DNA from: Thermoplasmata archaeon
Lineage (GTDB): Archaea > Thermoplasmatota > E2 > DHVEG-1
Direction: 5' to 3'
NCBI GenBank assembly: GCA_020054475.1
Contig: JAHWGJ010000005.1
Span: forward strand, 1,025 to 65,024
DNA length: 64,000 nt
Positions within the stretch are counted from its first letter, which is position 1. Each line of letters opens with the position of its first letter. Shown here one piece after another: positions 39,736 through 50,349 of this stretch. The translations under genes were made by a program, and so were the position numbers. Below the pieces are notes generated by a model. It was not told the origin of the DNA. It saw only the letters and a program-made list of their open reading frames with translations, and ran no database searches.

Positions 39736-39900
39736 CTATGATCCAATAAATCCACATTCAAGACAGTTGTATTTCACATTTTGTTCTCTGCAACTATTGC
39801 ATCTTCCAATTATTGTATCACAAGTTGGACAAATAAAAGTAGTTGAACCTTTTTCAATTAAACCTTTTCCACATGAAATACACTTATCCGCCTTTTTCAT
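39736..39900 (-). CDS. zinc-ribbon protein (54 aa, four CxxC pairs), the usual neighbour of aEF-1beta
   Basis: Not in the supplied ORF track (<60 aa). Manual translation: MKKADKCISCGKGLIEKGSTTFICPTCDTIIGRCNSCREQNVKYNCLECGFIGS. The stop overlaps the SD of the aEF-1beta gene. Confidence 0.75.
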   Translation of the reverse strand: MKKADKCISCGKGLIEKGSTTFICPTCDTIIGRCNSCREQNVKYNCLECGFIGS

Positions 39901-39976
39901 AGGATTTGCTGAAATACATATCTATTATTAAAATGTGACGCCTTAGAGATAATTGATGAAATATATACTTATTCGA

Positions 39977-41038
39977 TTATTGGTTTTTTACTTCCTCTAA
40001 AGAAAATGATGAAACAGATTTAAATATTTTATACTGAAATATTGCTCCAATAATAAGATTAAAATGAAAAGTAATAAATCTAAAAATTAAAATAAAAATG
40101 CCAATTAGTGAAGAACCAATAATAACACTATACAATCCAGCAAGAAAACCTTCTGTTATACCTGAACTACCTGGAGTGGTTGGTAGCATAATTACAACTA
40201 TTAAGAGAATTTGTGCTGAGTAGGATAAAATATAGTAAGGCTTTAATCCAAGACCTAAAAATATCATTGAAGGAATCATAAAAATTGTTAACCAGTATAG
40301 AATCGTAAGACTTCCAGCAATAATAAATATTTTTTTCCCTTCAGTTATAAAATAAATCATGCATTTATGAAAATTATCTACTTCTGAATTTATTCTATCC
40401 AATATTTTATCTTTACTTTTTATTTTTCTAATTTTATCTATTTTTTTACTAATTGTAATCAAAAATGATTTAGTTTTACTTGGATAATTCATTGTTAAAA
40501 TAAATAAAAAAATAATTAACACAAATAATAAAATACCAACAGATAAACCAATTTGAATATATCCAATCTCAATTTTATTTCTAAATACAAAAAAACCAAT
40601 TGGTACACAAAATATAATAAAAACTGCATCTAGAAGTCTTTCACCAAGAACTGATGCTGTAGCTGCACCAACACTTAATCCATCCTTTTTCAATAAATAA
40701 ATCCTTACAGGTTCTCCTCCCGCCATTGAAGGTGTTATTGCAGCAAGAAATAAATTTGCAATAACAATTTTTGTAGATTCCCATATACTTATTTTAAAAT
40801 TCTTTTCAATCTCATGGCTTAACACTTTCAATCTAGCACCCCAAATAAACCATGATATTATCTGTAAAAAAAATGCAATAATAAAAAACTCATATCTTAT
40901 TTTTGCTTGAGAAAAATATTCAAATGTACTAACGTCGATTGTGAAGTATAAGATGATTATAATGATTAAAATACTTATTATTATACTGAGAATAATTGGA
41001 AATTTAATTGTTTTTGATTTTTTCCCCTGATTAATCAC
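39977..41038 (-). CDS. UPF0104 / lysylphosphatidylglycerol-synthase-TM-like (flippase-like) membrane protein
   Basis: 8 or more TM helices. PSMAGGEPVRIYLLKK motif typical of the family. Confidence 0.65.
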   Translation of the reverse strand: MINQGKKSKTIKFPIILSIIISILIIIIILYFTIDVSTFEYFSQAKIRYEFFIIAFFLQIISWFIWGARLKVLSHEIEKNFKISIWESTKIVIANLFLAAITPSMAGGEPVRIYLLKKDGLSVGAATASVLGERLLDAVFIIFCVPIGFFVFRNKIEIGYIQIGLSVGILLFVLIIFLFILTMNYPSKTKSFLITISKKIDKIRKIKSKDKILDRINSEVDNFHKCMIYFITEGKKIFIIAGSLTILYWLTIFMIPSMIFLGLGLKPYYILSYSAQILLIVVIMLPTTPGSSGITEGFLAGLYSVIIGSSLIGIFILIFRFITFHFNLIIGAIFQYKIFKSVSSFSLEEVKNQ

Positions 41039-41099
41039 AAAATAGATATTTTTTCCTTCATATATCTTAGTTTTGGTTTTATAAGATCATCAATAAAAT

Positions 41100-43589
41100 T
41101 TATTTTTTATTTAAAATAATTTCAAAATTATCTTTAAAGATCCCACCATGAGTCCAATTTGTAACTAATGTTTGATCAACACCAGAGAATTCATTAGTTA
41201 AAATATATTTTCTGAAATTTCCTTTTATTGTAAATCCAGAAAATTGCATCTCATTTTTATTTTGTTTTATAATCTTATCTCCAATTAAAGGAAAAATAAC
41301 ATTTTGGCAATGAACATCATGGGCTAATATTTTTATAATTAAAGGATAAAATATTATATGTATTTTATTATCTATAATTCTAAAATTTATATTGTACTCA
41401 ATTTTATGAATATCTGTTTCACAAAAGCCTTCAATATTATTTTTATTAATTTTAATATCATATCTCCTTTTTTTTGTTTTTTCAAAGAGATAAAGATCAA
41501 TTTTATTAGATTTATTTGAATTATTTACACCATATATAAAATATTTAATCATTGAAAATCCTAAAATAATTTTTCCAGTGTCACCTCTAATATATTTTTT
41601 TAATTTTTGAAATACAATATTTCGCCTTAAATATGGACCAAAAAATGATATAGTAATCCCCATTTTATTTAATTTTATATCTTTAAGATAAATAATTTTA
41701 AAATTTTTATAGTTAAAAGATAAAATTTTTTCTTTATCAAAAAAAACATTAATTAATTCATTATCTTGTTCAATTTGAAATTCATTATCTTGGAAAATAT
41801 TATTATATTCTTTGAAATTAATTTTATTAAAAAAATTTGTTGAAGCATTCATTAATTCAATCGTTGCAAAAGTTTGTTCCATAGGCAATAGATTTAATTC
41901 ATTTTTTAAATTTGGAAAAACACCTTCACAAATTCCACCATTTTCTGTAATCCAATTAGTGCCTGAATTATAACTTTGTATAGCTATTTTTTTCCATATT
42001 ATTTCCTTTGTAATATTATACAATCTAATATATCTGGTAACAATCCAAAAATTTTCATATGGTGAAATTCTTGGATTTATTGAATATGAAATAGGATGGA
42101 AATTAAAGTTAAATGGATCTTGTTCTAAATTATTTATATAAAACCAGGTTAGTGTATAATATGCATAATTTATTGCGTTTTCTAAATATTTTTTATCATT
42201 TGTAATTTCATAACCATCAAGAAATGCATCTATTATAATAATTGCAGAGAAAGCTTCAGGTTCATTAATTCCAATGTCTCTTAATCCATTATAACAAATT
42301 GGATTTGAGGATATTAAAAAATCAAGACCTTTTTGAGCAGCTTTTTTCATTTTAATGTCCTTAAATTTCTTATAGCCTAAAAAAAGACTACGAACACATT
42401 CTGCTGTGCCCCCATATGTTTCATATAAATGTAATTTTTCAGGGCGAAATTTCAAAAACCCTTTTTGATGAATAGCCATTGGCCAAGCACCATTTTTTTT
42501 TTGAGTTGACATAATATATTCTATTGATTTTTCAACAATTTTTTTCACCTCAAAATCTTCTTTATCTCGATATTCTAAATATCTTAGAAGATTATAAGCT
42601 ATTGATGCTTGTCCCCCGGGATAACCTGCATAACCACAATCCATGTAGAAATAACCAATTAAACCTAAACGGGTTAAATTCGTCATATTATACCATATGA
42701 TCCCTTTACCAAACCTTGGATTTTCAATCATTAGATTTTTATTAATAAAATGATCTCGTAATTTCAATCCCCAGTCTAAATATTGATGATCATTAAATTT
42801 TTTGTACCATTTATAAAAATAATTTAATCTTACAGATTCATAACTCATAAGGGAATAACTTGAGTTCACTAAAGCAAAATTTGTTGTTTCCCTCCATGGT
42901 AACTGCAAAAAAGATCCTGTTATATTATCATAGGATCTCCATAAAGCTTTTCTCGCATCTTTAAAAATTTTAGTCGGATTTTTTATTATTTTTTCATCTT
43001 TTATATTATTAATTATAATTTCCTTTACTGATTTCTTCCAGTTATTATTTAATGATGTTTCTATTGAAAAATTAAAGATATCCCCTGATTTCAAATTTAA
43101 TTCAATTTTTTTCTTTTTACCAAAACCTAACCAAGCATTTTTCTTTTCTTTAACCTCAAAATTTTTAAATAAATAAAATGTAACAATATAATTATCTTTA
43201 TCTTCATCTAAGGAGATAAACGGATATATTTTTTGTTTATTTAATTCAATTACTGGATCAAATTTTATTGATATACATTCATTGTCAAATTGGAGGGACA
43301 ATAGTGGAAGTTTAACGTAAATAAGTGATCTGCATAAATTTTTATTAATATTTTTATCAATTATTTTCAATGTATAGTACGAAGTAAAAGGATAGGGGAG
43401 TGATATCTCATTCTCTAAAGTAAACTGATTATTTGAATAACACATTCCACCAATATAAAAATAGGATATAGGTTTTTTTTTGATAAAAATTTTTTTTAAT
43501 ACCATTATTTCTTTTGGTTTTATAATAGTATACTTTTTTTTATCAATAGAAAAACAATCATCTTCTTTTTCAATTATCATAATTCCCAA
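41100..43589 (-). CDS. large hypothetical protein (829 aa), central region possibly alpha/alpha-toroid-like
   Basis: No signal peptide and no recognisable catalytic motif. The central ~350 aa are rich in W/Y/G helix-pair-like repeats (QKKNGAWP..., GGTAECV...). Family not recognised. Confidence 0.45.
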   Translation of the reverse strand: MGIMIIEKEDDCFSIDKKKYTIIKPKEIMVLKKIFIKKKPISYFYIGGMCYSNNQFTLENEISLPYPFTSYYTLKIIDKNINKNLCRSLIYVKLPLLSLQFDNECISIKFDPVIELNKQKIYPFISLDEDKDNYIVTFYLFKNFEVKEKKNAWLGFGKKKKIELNLKSGDIFNFSIETSLNNNWKKSVKEIIINNIKDEKIIKNPTKIFKDARKALWRSYDNITGSFLQLPWRETTNFALVNSSYSLMSYESVRLNYFYKWYKKFNDHQYLDWGLKLRDHFINKNLMIENPRFGKGIIWYNMTNLTRLGLIGYFYMDCGYAGYPGGQASIAYNLLRYLEYRDKEDFEVKKIVEKSIEYIMSTQKKNGAWPMAIHQKGFLKFRPEKLHLYETYGGTAECVRSLFLGYKKFKDIKMKKAAQKGLDFLISSNPICYNGLRDIGINEPEAFSAIIIIDAFLDGYEITNDKKYLENAINYAYYTLTWFYINNLEQDPFNFNFHPISYSINPRISPYENFWIVTRYIRLYNITKEIIWKKIAIQSYNSGTNWITENGGICEGVFPNLKNELNLLPMEQTFATIELMNASTNFFNKINFKEYNNIFQDNEFQIEQDNELINVFFDKEKILSFNYKNFKIIYLKDIKLNKMGITISFFGPYLRRNIVFQKLKKYIRGDTGKIILGFSMIKYFIYGVNNSNKSNKIDLYLFEKTKKRRYDIKINKNNIEGFCETDIHKIEYNINFRIIDNKIHIIFYPLIIKILAHDVHCQNVIFPLIGDKIIKQNKNEMQFSGFTIKGNFRKYILTNEFSGVDQTLVTNWTHGGIFKDNFEIILNKK

Positions 43590-43610
43590 TATTTTTGAAA
43601 TTTAAATATG

Positions 43611-44606
43611 TTAAACAACAATTTTTTCATAAAAACTATATAATTTATCCGCAATTAATTTAACATCAAATTTTTCAGAGATCGAAAACGAGTTTTCACC
43701 CCTTCTTTTTCTAAAGTTATCATCTTGAAATTTTTTTATCAAATTTGAAAAATCTTCATTATTCTCACCATAATCAATATTATTTCCAAATAAATCTTCA
43801 AAAACTTCTAATTTTCGTGCAATAATGGGTAAATTACAAGAACCAGCTTCAATAATTGTTAAACCGAAAGTTTCTGCATATGAAGGTGTAAATAAAACAT
43901 CAGAGCCTGAGTATGCTCCAACAATATCTTTTACAAAACCAACAAATTTAAGATTCTTTAATCCAGCGTTTTTTTTATAAATTTTTTTTAATTTGAAATA
44001 ATCTGAAGAAGCATATTTATATGGAAAACCTCCCACCCATAAAAATTTTATATCAGGATTATTTTGTGCAACTTTAATAAAATCATAAACGCCTTTTCTA
44101 GGGGTAATTTGGGCAACATTTAATATTAATAAATCATCATTTTTTATTCCGAAATCTTTTCTGAATTGCTCCCCCTTTTTTTTATTAAAAATAAATTTTT
44201 TTTTATCTACCCCATTCTCAACAACAAATATCTCCTTTTTCACTCCAATATTTATCAATTCTTTTACAGAGAAATCAGAAACAGCAATAACATAATCAAA
44301 TTTGTTATATATATATCTATATATCCAATTCCAAAATTTACATCCACCAGTTATAATATTTTTTCGATTTATTGAAGGTGTAGAATGAGCTGTAATAATT
44401 TTGATAGCATTCTTATTTTTTCTTGATTGATTCATTGCAAAAGGTCCAAATGTATGAGCATGAATAATATCAAAATCTCTATCCCTTGAATTTATATTTA
44501 TTTCAATTCCCTTATTTATTAAATAATCAACAAATTGTTGAGCCGCCGTAGAGCATCCTATATATTTTAATAATCCACTACCTTCAATAATAAAATTAAC
44601 TTTCAT
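43611..44606 (-). CDS. GT4-family glycosyltransferase
   Basis: C-terminal ETFGLTIIEAGSCNLPIIA (E-x7-E region). GT-B layout. Confidence 0.85.
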   Translation of the reverse strand: MKVNFIIEGSGLLKYIGCSTAAQQFVDYLINKGIEININSRDRDFDIIHAHTFGPFAMNQSRKNKNAIKIITAHSTPSINRKNIITGGCKFWNWIYRYIYNKFDYVIAVSDFSVKELINIGVKKEIFVVENGVDKKKFIFNKKKGEQFRKDFGIKNDDLLILNVAQITPRKGVYDFIKVAQNNPDIKFLWVGGFPYKYASSDYFKLKKIYKKNAGLKNLKFVGFVKDIVGAYSGSDVLFTPSYAETFGLTIIEAGSCNLPIIARKLEVFEDLFGNNIDYGENNEDFSNLIKKFQDDNFRKRRGENSFSISEKFDVKLIADKLYSFYEKIVV

Positions 44607-44634
44607 ATTTTAATTCATCCATTTTTATAGGTTA

Positions 44635-46428
44635 TTAATTGACATCTATGTAATTATAGTTTATTTGATATAATTCAACCCAATGTAACTCGATATCGTT
44701 GTTCCCCATTGTTACATTCCTATATATTAAATCAAATGGCTTCTTAGTAAATTTCTCATAAGATTCATTTGTCATATAATAATAATTTCCAACATCAACA
44801 TTTATTACTGAATTTTTCATTATATCATCAATTAAAATATAACTTATATTAAATTGTTTTAACTCTAATAGACAATTTATTGTATTATTTGAAGACCAAG
44901 TATGATTTGTTTTTCCAAAGGTGATATTGAAGCCATTAGCCCATAACATCATTTCCAATCTATGGTCTGAGGCAACAACACTATTATTTGAAATATTACC
45001 GCTCATCCAATCAAAAACATTAATACAAGGTGTAGTAACTCTTTCATCAATATGATTTAAGGAATCAATTGTAGGATACGCTGCAATCATATTAGAAATA
45101 CACATAACAGAAATAAAAATTAAAATAATTGTTTTAATATGACTATTTTTTATCAAAGATCTAAAAAATGGAGAAAAAGTTGGTTTCATATTCAATTGTT
45201 TTTTATTGATGGATAAAATATTATTGATTAAAATCGCAGCAGGTACACAAAGAGGAATAATTAGATATTCTAAATGACGATCAGGATATAAATTTGAAGA
45301 CATTAAAGAGTATAAAAACGAAAGAGATATAGCAAACGTCCATCCCCAAAAAATCATACCCCCCCGTGTTTTTTTAAGTTCAGAAAAGCCAGTGAAAGAT
45401 AAACTAATTAAAAATATCATTGGTAAGGAATAAAAAATTGCAAGAGGCGTTATTTTCACATAAACTCCAGGGATATATACATTTATTGCGTAAATAGAAA
45501 TCAATAATAAAATAAATGAAAAAATTAAAAATTTCTTCATATTTGAAAATCCTTTAAAATAAGAAATTGTTGGAATTTTAATATTATAACTTTTAATTTT
45601 TTTAATTAATAAAAATCCACCTAATACTAATATGTAAAATAAAATAATAATTAGAAATGGTGAAAAAAACATTTTACTTTGCATAAAATTATAAAAAACA
45701 GGTTGAGCAAATAAAGCCCAATATGTAAAAGTAAATAATGAAGTTAATAACACATATAATAATAAAAATATATCTTTTTTATTTTTTAAATTATCAGATA
45801 CAATTGCGAATAAAATAAAAGTTATGCTAATAATATAAAAATATGTTGTAAAATGATGAGATAAGATCAATAAAAAAGTAGAAATTAATAACGGAAAAAT
45901 ATATTTTTTATTATTAATAAATCTAATAAAAAAATATAAAGATAACATCATAAAGAAATGTCCAATTGTAAGTGGAGCTGCATGACTAGTTTGATAAACA
46001 TGGAAAGTTGCTACAGAAAGAAGAGCTGCTGAAATTATTGCTATTCGTTTATTTTTAATAATTTCATATACAATGAAATAAAAAATTGGTATTGTTAATC
46101 CACCAAAAATTGGAGCTATTTTTGGCATTATTTCCATTAATTCAATTCCTGTTATCCAGTGTGAGATTCCACTTATTGCATATAACACTGGAAAATATTG
46201 ATAAGAATTTCCCCACCCATCATATGTGCCAAATAATTCTTTACTTTCAATAAAATAATTTGTAAGACCATAATAAATTCCAAAATCAGCACCCCAAGCT
46301 GGATTAAAATAAGCAGGTAGTAATCTAATAAAAATAGCAATAGATGTAATTAAAATTAACCAAAAAATCCAATTGGTCAAAATTAATTGTAATCTTGAAA
46401 TAATTTTTTGCCTCATCCATTCACACAT
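44635..46428 (-). CDS. polytopic membrane protein, GT-C-like glycosyltransferase candidate
   Basis: 12 or more TM helices plus a ~170-aa C-terminal soluble domain. Acidic residue in the first loop (WGADFG). No WWDxG motif, so not called AglB. Confidence 0.45.
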   Translation of the reverse strand: MCEWMRQKIISRLQLILTNWIFWLILITSIAIFIRLLPAYFNPAWGADFGIYYGLTNYFIESKELFGTYDGWGNSYQYFPVLYAISGISHWITGIELMEIMPKIAPIFGGLTIPIFYFIVYEIIKNKRIAIISAALLSVATFHVYQTSHAAPLTIGHFFMMLSLYFFIRFINNKKYIFPLLISTFLLILSHHFTTYFYIISITFILFAIVSDNLKNKKDIFLLLYVLLTSLFTFTYWALFAQPVFYNFMQSKMFFSPFLIIILFYILVLGGFLLIKKIKSYNIKIPTISYFKGFSNMKKFLIFSFILLLISIYAINVYIPGVYVKITPLAIFYSLPMIFLISLSFTGFSELKKTRGGMIFWGWTFAISLSFLYSLMSSNLYPDRHLEYLIIPLCVPAAILINNILSINKKQLNMKPTFSPFFRSLIKNSHIKTIILIFISVMCISNMIAAYPTIDSLNHIDERVTTPCINVFDWMSGNISNNSVVASDHRLEMMLWANGFNITFGKTNHTWSSNNTINCLLELKQFNISYILIDDIMKNSVINVDVGNYYYMTNESYEKFTKKPFDLIYRNVTMGNNDIELHWVELYQINYNYIDVN

Positions 46429-46480
46429 CTTATTTTTGTGAAATTATATTTAATTTTATAAATAATTTAATATATTATTC

Positions 46481-47551
46481 TTAATTTGAATTTATAATAG
46501 TCATAATTTTTTCTACAGATTTCTTCACATTGCATTTTCTTTTAATTCCTGTAGTATTATTTACCTTTATAATATCTTTTCTTAAATCGATATTTTTTTG
46601 ATCAACTGAATAAAATGTTCCTTTTTCATTATGATATTCTGATAAATATTCTTGTTCTATCTGTCCAGGAGTTGGCGTAAATAAAGCTTTTGTACCTGTT
46701 ACAGCTAGATCTAATAGTGTAGAGTATCCACTTCTGGATATCACAATTTTTGCTCTATTTAAAAAATCCTCTCTTTTATCTTTATTTAAAAAGGAGTATA
46801 TCTTTATCGATTCTTTGTTAATTTCTTTTTTTTCATCAGATTTTCCTAAGGTAATTATTATATTTCCATTTAAATATCTAAGTTGTGAAAGTATTTTTTT
46901 TTCAAAAATAGTTCTTTGAGGTTCTGGACCGGATATTGATATTAAATAATCAATATCTTTTTTTGTATTTCTATTTTTAAAATCAGATAATACTCCAACA
47001 TAATTAAGTTTCTCAGTATCAATTTTTTTTAAATTATGCGAAAGATCCCCTGAAAGATCATCTTCTTTATAATCTGGTACTATAACTCCTTTAAATCTCT
47101 TAAAGAAAAACTTGTTAAATATTTCACTTCCTGTTTCTAAGAATTTGATACGAAGAGGATTCATTATCCTCATTTGATGAGAAATAAAAAAAGATGGTAT
47201 TTCTTTATTATAAATGTCATATCTTCCGTCAGATATAATAATGTCATAATGATTTTTTTTTACAATTTTCGTAAGTTTTTGTAAACCTGATTCCATTTTT
47301 TTAATGAACAAAGGCCAATAAATAATACTTTTTGCTATAAATTGTCTTGAATTGTCAGATATTAACATTGGATAATCTGGGATATCAATATATTGAACTT
47401 TATCAGCTAATTCTTTTTTCAATAATTCTAATGCTCGCCCATTTGAAATTATTGTGATTTTATTATTTTCATCAATTAACTTTCTTATAACTGGTAATGA
47501 TCTTGTTGAATGTCCAAGTCCCCACGAACAGATACCATAAATTATCTTCAT
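46481..47551 (-). CDS. GT-B glycosyltransferase (MJ1255/TIGR00661-like)
   Basis: MKIIYGICSWGLGHSTRSLPV N-terminus. Start set to the internal ATG. Confidence 0.65.
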   Translation of the reverse strand: MKIIYGICSWGLGHSTRSLPVIRKLIDENNKITIISNGRALELLKKELADKVQYIDIPDYPMLISDNSRQFIAKSIIYWPLFIKKMESGLQKLTKIVKKNHYDIIISDGRYDIYNKEIPSFFISHQMRIMNPLRIKFLETGSEIFNKFFFKRFKGVIVPDYKEDDLSGDLSHNLKKIDTEKLNYVGVLSDFKNRNTKKDIDYLISISGPEPQRTIFEKKILSQLRYLNGNIIITLGKSDEKKEINKESIKIYSFLNKDKREDFLNRAKIVISRSGYSTLLDLAVTGTKALFTPTPGQIEQEYLSEYHNEKGTFYSVDQKNIDLRKDIIKVNNTTGIKRKCNVKKSVEKIMTIINSN

Positions 47552-47640
47552 TTCAATTTTTGGTATTCTAAATGATATTAAAAATCTATCTCGAAAAATC
47601 AATTATTTATATGTATCAACATATTCTCCAATGATATATT

Positions 47641-48453
47641 ATGAATTTCAAAGAAAAATATTCAAAGATTGTTAATGATAATAACAGCTTATTATGTGTT
47701 GGTTTAGATGTCGATAAAGATAAAATCCCCAAATTTCTTTTCGAGACCAGTGACTCACCTTATATAGATTTTAATAGGTCAATTATTGAGTCCACAAAAG
47801 ATGTTGTTTGTTCATATAAATTGAATATGGCATTTTATGAATCTATTGGTATAAATGGTCATGAAATACTAAAAAAAACATTAGATTATATTCCAAAAAA
47901 TATTATTACTATTATTGATGGTAAAAGAAATGATATTGGAAATAGCGCTCGGATGTATGCAAAATCTATATTTGAAATATTTAATGTGGATTCTACAACA
48001 ATAAACCCCTATCTCGGTGTTGATGGTATTGATCCTTTTTTAGAATATAAGAAAAAATGTAGTTTTATCTTATGTAGGACTTCAAATCCTTCAGCTATTG
48101 ATTTACAAGATCTAATTGTATCAAATATTCCATTATATCAAAAAGTATCATTGAAAATTAGAGAATGGAATTATAATGATAATTGTGGAGCTGTTATCGG
48201 AGCAACTTACCCAAATGAATTAAAGATAATTAGAAAGATATTAGGTGAAGATATTCCTTTTTTGATACCAGGAATAGGAAAACAAGGCGGAGATATTAAA
48301 AAAACAATAAAAAATGGAACAAACAAAAAAGGGGGGATGGCATTAATAAATTCATCTCGAAGTATTATTTATGCGGGAAATGATGAAAATTTTGCGGAAC
48401 ATTCTAGAGATTTAGCGATAGATACCAGAGATTTGATTAATAAATTTAGATGA
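47641..48453 (+). CDS. pyrF: orotidine 5'-phosphate decarboxylase (type 2)
   Basis: LCVGLDVDKDKIP, DGKRNDIGNS and PGIGKQGG motifs. Confidence 0.9.
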   Translation: MNFKEKYSKIVNDNNSLLCVGLDVDKDKIPKFLFETSDSPYIDFNRSIIESTKDVVCSYKLNMAFYESIGINGHEILKKTLDYIPKNIITIIDGKRNDIGNSARMYAKSIFEIFNVDSTTINPYLGVDGIDPFLEYKKKCSFILCRTSNPSAIDLQDLIVSNIPLYQKVSLKIREWNYNDNCGAVIGATYPNELKIIRKILGEDIPFLIPGIGKQGGDIKKTIKNGTNKKGGMALINSSRSIIYAGNDENFAEHSRDLAIDTRDLINKFR

Positions 48454-48881
48454 TAGTAGTTCCACTACCGAAATTACTATTAATATTAGTTTTATTAAAT
48501 ATCATGCCTTGATTCGAAGATCTCATTGAATAAATGATTTGAGAAGCAAGTTCAAGGCAAAAATTGATATCAATTTAAAGTCCCTCTTTGATCGATCAGA
48601 CGTATTGTCAAGAAATGAAAAAGAGGATAACCGTGGTATCAAAAATATGTCGTGATATCTGTTGCATTTATATTCCACTGCTGCTAATGGCATATGATTG
48701 TAACTACACCCAACATCTACTTTTCATTGTATTTGTTGGGTGACAGCGACAATTAATTTTTTTTTTTTAATACATTTAATCAACCCCTAAAAAAAATTTA
48801 TCGATAATTTTTGTATAATAAGCCTTATAAATAATAATGTTCAATATTAAATATATACATTATGAATATTGGGGTATTGAA

Positions 48882-49250
48882 ATGAAAAATAAGATAATAT
48901 CAATTTTTTGCTTGCTAATATTATTGACAATAATTCCTATTACCTCTGGAGTTTCAATTGATTTAGAGCCTAATTTTGAAATAGAAGAAAACCCAACCGC
49001 AATTTTTGGGGTAGCTTTTGTAGCAGGTTTTATTTTGAATCCAACTGAGTCAATAACAGGTAGAATAAATGCAAACGCAGTTGCTCTAATTTATTATGAT
49101 CGAGGAATTATTAAAAATGATGCAGGAATCCTAACTGGATTAAAAAAGGTAAGTTTTAGAAAAACATCATTACTATCAATTTATGAACAAGATAGCTTTG
49201 GTTCAGCAAGAGTTTTTGGTTTATGCTCAAATTTTCGAATAGGATTCTGA
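48882..49250 (+). CDS. small secreted hypothetical protein
   Basis: ATG 48882 lies 6 nt after GGGGT. Signal peptide MKNKIISIFCLLILLTIIPITSG. Confidence 0.4.
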   Translation: MKNKIISIFCLLILLTIIPITSGVSIDLEPNFEIEENPTAIFGVAFVAGFILNPTESITGRINANAVALIYYDRGIIKNDAGILTGLKKVSFRKTSLLSIYEQDSFGSARVFGLCSNFRIGF

Positions 49251-49291
49251 AATAAAAATAATATAAAATCTTGGAATTATATAATTTTAAT

Positions 49292-50200
49292 TTAAAATGT
49301 TATTGGAAACTCTCCAGGAAAATTATCAAGAATTGTTGGATGTTGCCAACCTAGTAAATCAATTTTATTTTGAGCGTAATAAAATGATTCTTCAGCAGAA
49401 TTTATGCCATCATTATTTCCAAGATAATCAGCTATTCCATTAAAGCCATCAATAAGATGAAATGAAAAATATGAGCCGTATGAGACTGTACTTTCTTCAC
49501 TTGACATTAAAATAACTCTATTTTGTTGTAATAATTCATTTCCAAATTCTTCATTAAAAGATTTATAACTAATATCTTCAATTGAATCTACAATATAATC
49601 ATCATTAAATCCACCACTATAACAACTTTCAACAATTAGACAGATACCTTTAGATTGAAGCATCCCTAAGAAAAAATTTAATAAATCATCCCAAATAAAT
49701 GAATACCAATTTTCAAATCCATCATACATAACTAATATTTCATCAGAACCATCTGCTTCATCTTTTGGTGGAATATCAATAATATCTCCATTTTGATTCT
49801 TTAAAGGACTACCATGAGTAGTTAAATAAATCAAAGAATAATCATTGTTATCTTCATTTTGAATAAGCCACATTAATTCTCTAATTAAATTTGTACCCGT
49901 TGCTTGTTCACCTTTAACAAGATGAATATTTTCTTCATTCCAATTAGAATGTATTAATAAAGAATTATACAAATCATCGGCAGCTTCTAACATTGAAAGC
50001 CTGTTCTGATTTGAATGATTTTTATAAATTCCTACAGCAAAAATTAATCCCCAATATTCCGCAGAGTCATTATTTTTTTCTAGATAATTTTCAGGTATTT
50101 TTTTACAAATAACCAAATCAGTATTTAAAAATGGAATTAGAATAATACAAATTAATATTGTAAACATTAATTTTCTTTGTGAATCTTTTATTATTTTCAA
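49292..50200 (-). CDS. clan CD cysteine peptidase (legumain C13 / caspase-like)
   Basis: YWGLIFAVG...IYLTTHGSP (His) and CLIVESCYSGGF (Cys) dyad contexts. Signal/anchor at the N-terminus. Confidence 0.6.
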   Translation of the reverse strand: MKIIKDSQRKLMFTILICIILIPFLNTDLVICKKIPENYLEKNNDSAEYWGLIFAVGIYKNHSNQNRLSMLEAADDLYNSLLIHSNWNEENIHLVKGEQATGTNLIRELMWLIQNEDNNDYSLIYLTTHGSPLKNQNGDIIDIPPKDEADGSDEILVMYDGFENWYSFIWDDLLNFFLGMLQSKGICLIVESCYSGGFNDDYIVDSIEDISYKSFNEEFGNELLQQNRVILMSSEESTVSYGSYFSFHLIDGFNGIADYLGNNDGINSAEESFYYAQNKIDLLGWQHPTILDNFPGEFPITF

Positions 50201-50349
50201 GAATATATCCTCAAATAAATTTAATTAATTATATAAATAAAAATCATTCATTATATAATTTATTATTATTTTAATATTATTATTGAGGAAAATATTTAAA
50301 TAGATTATAATGTATGGTTTAAATAGAATAATTTAGGGGGAAATAAATA

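Noticed and set aside
48560-48600. AAAGTCCC within the 48454-48836 spacer resembles the RNase P RNA CR-I core (GAAAGUCC).
   Set aside because: I could not find the complementary P4 strand, the CR-IV/CR-V motifs or the expected helices. A single 8-mer is not enough to call RNase P RNA.
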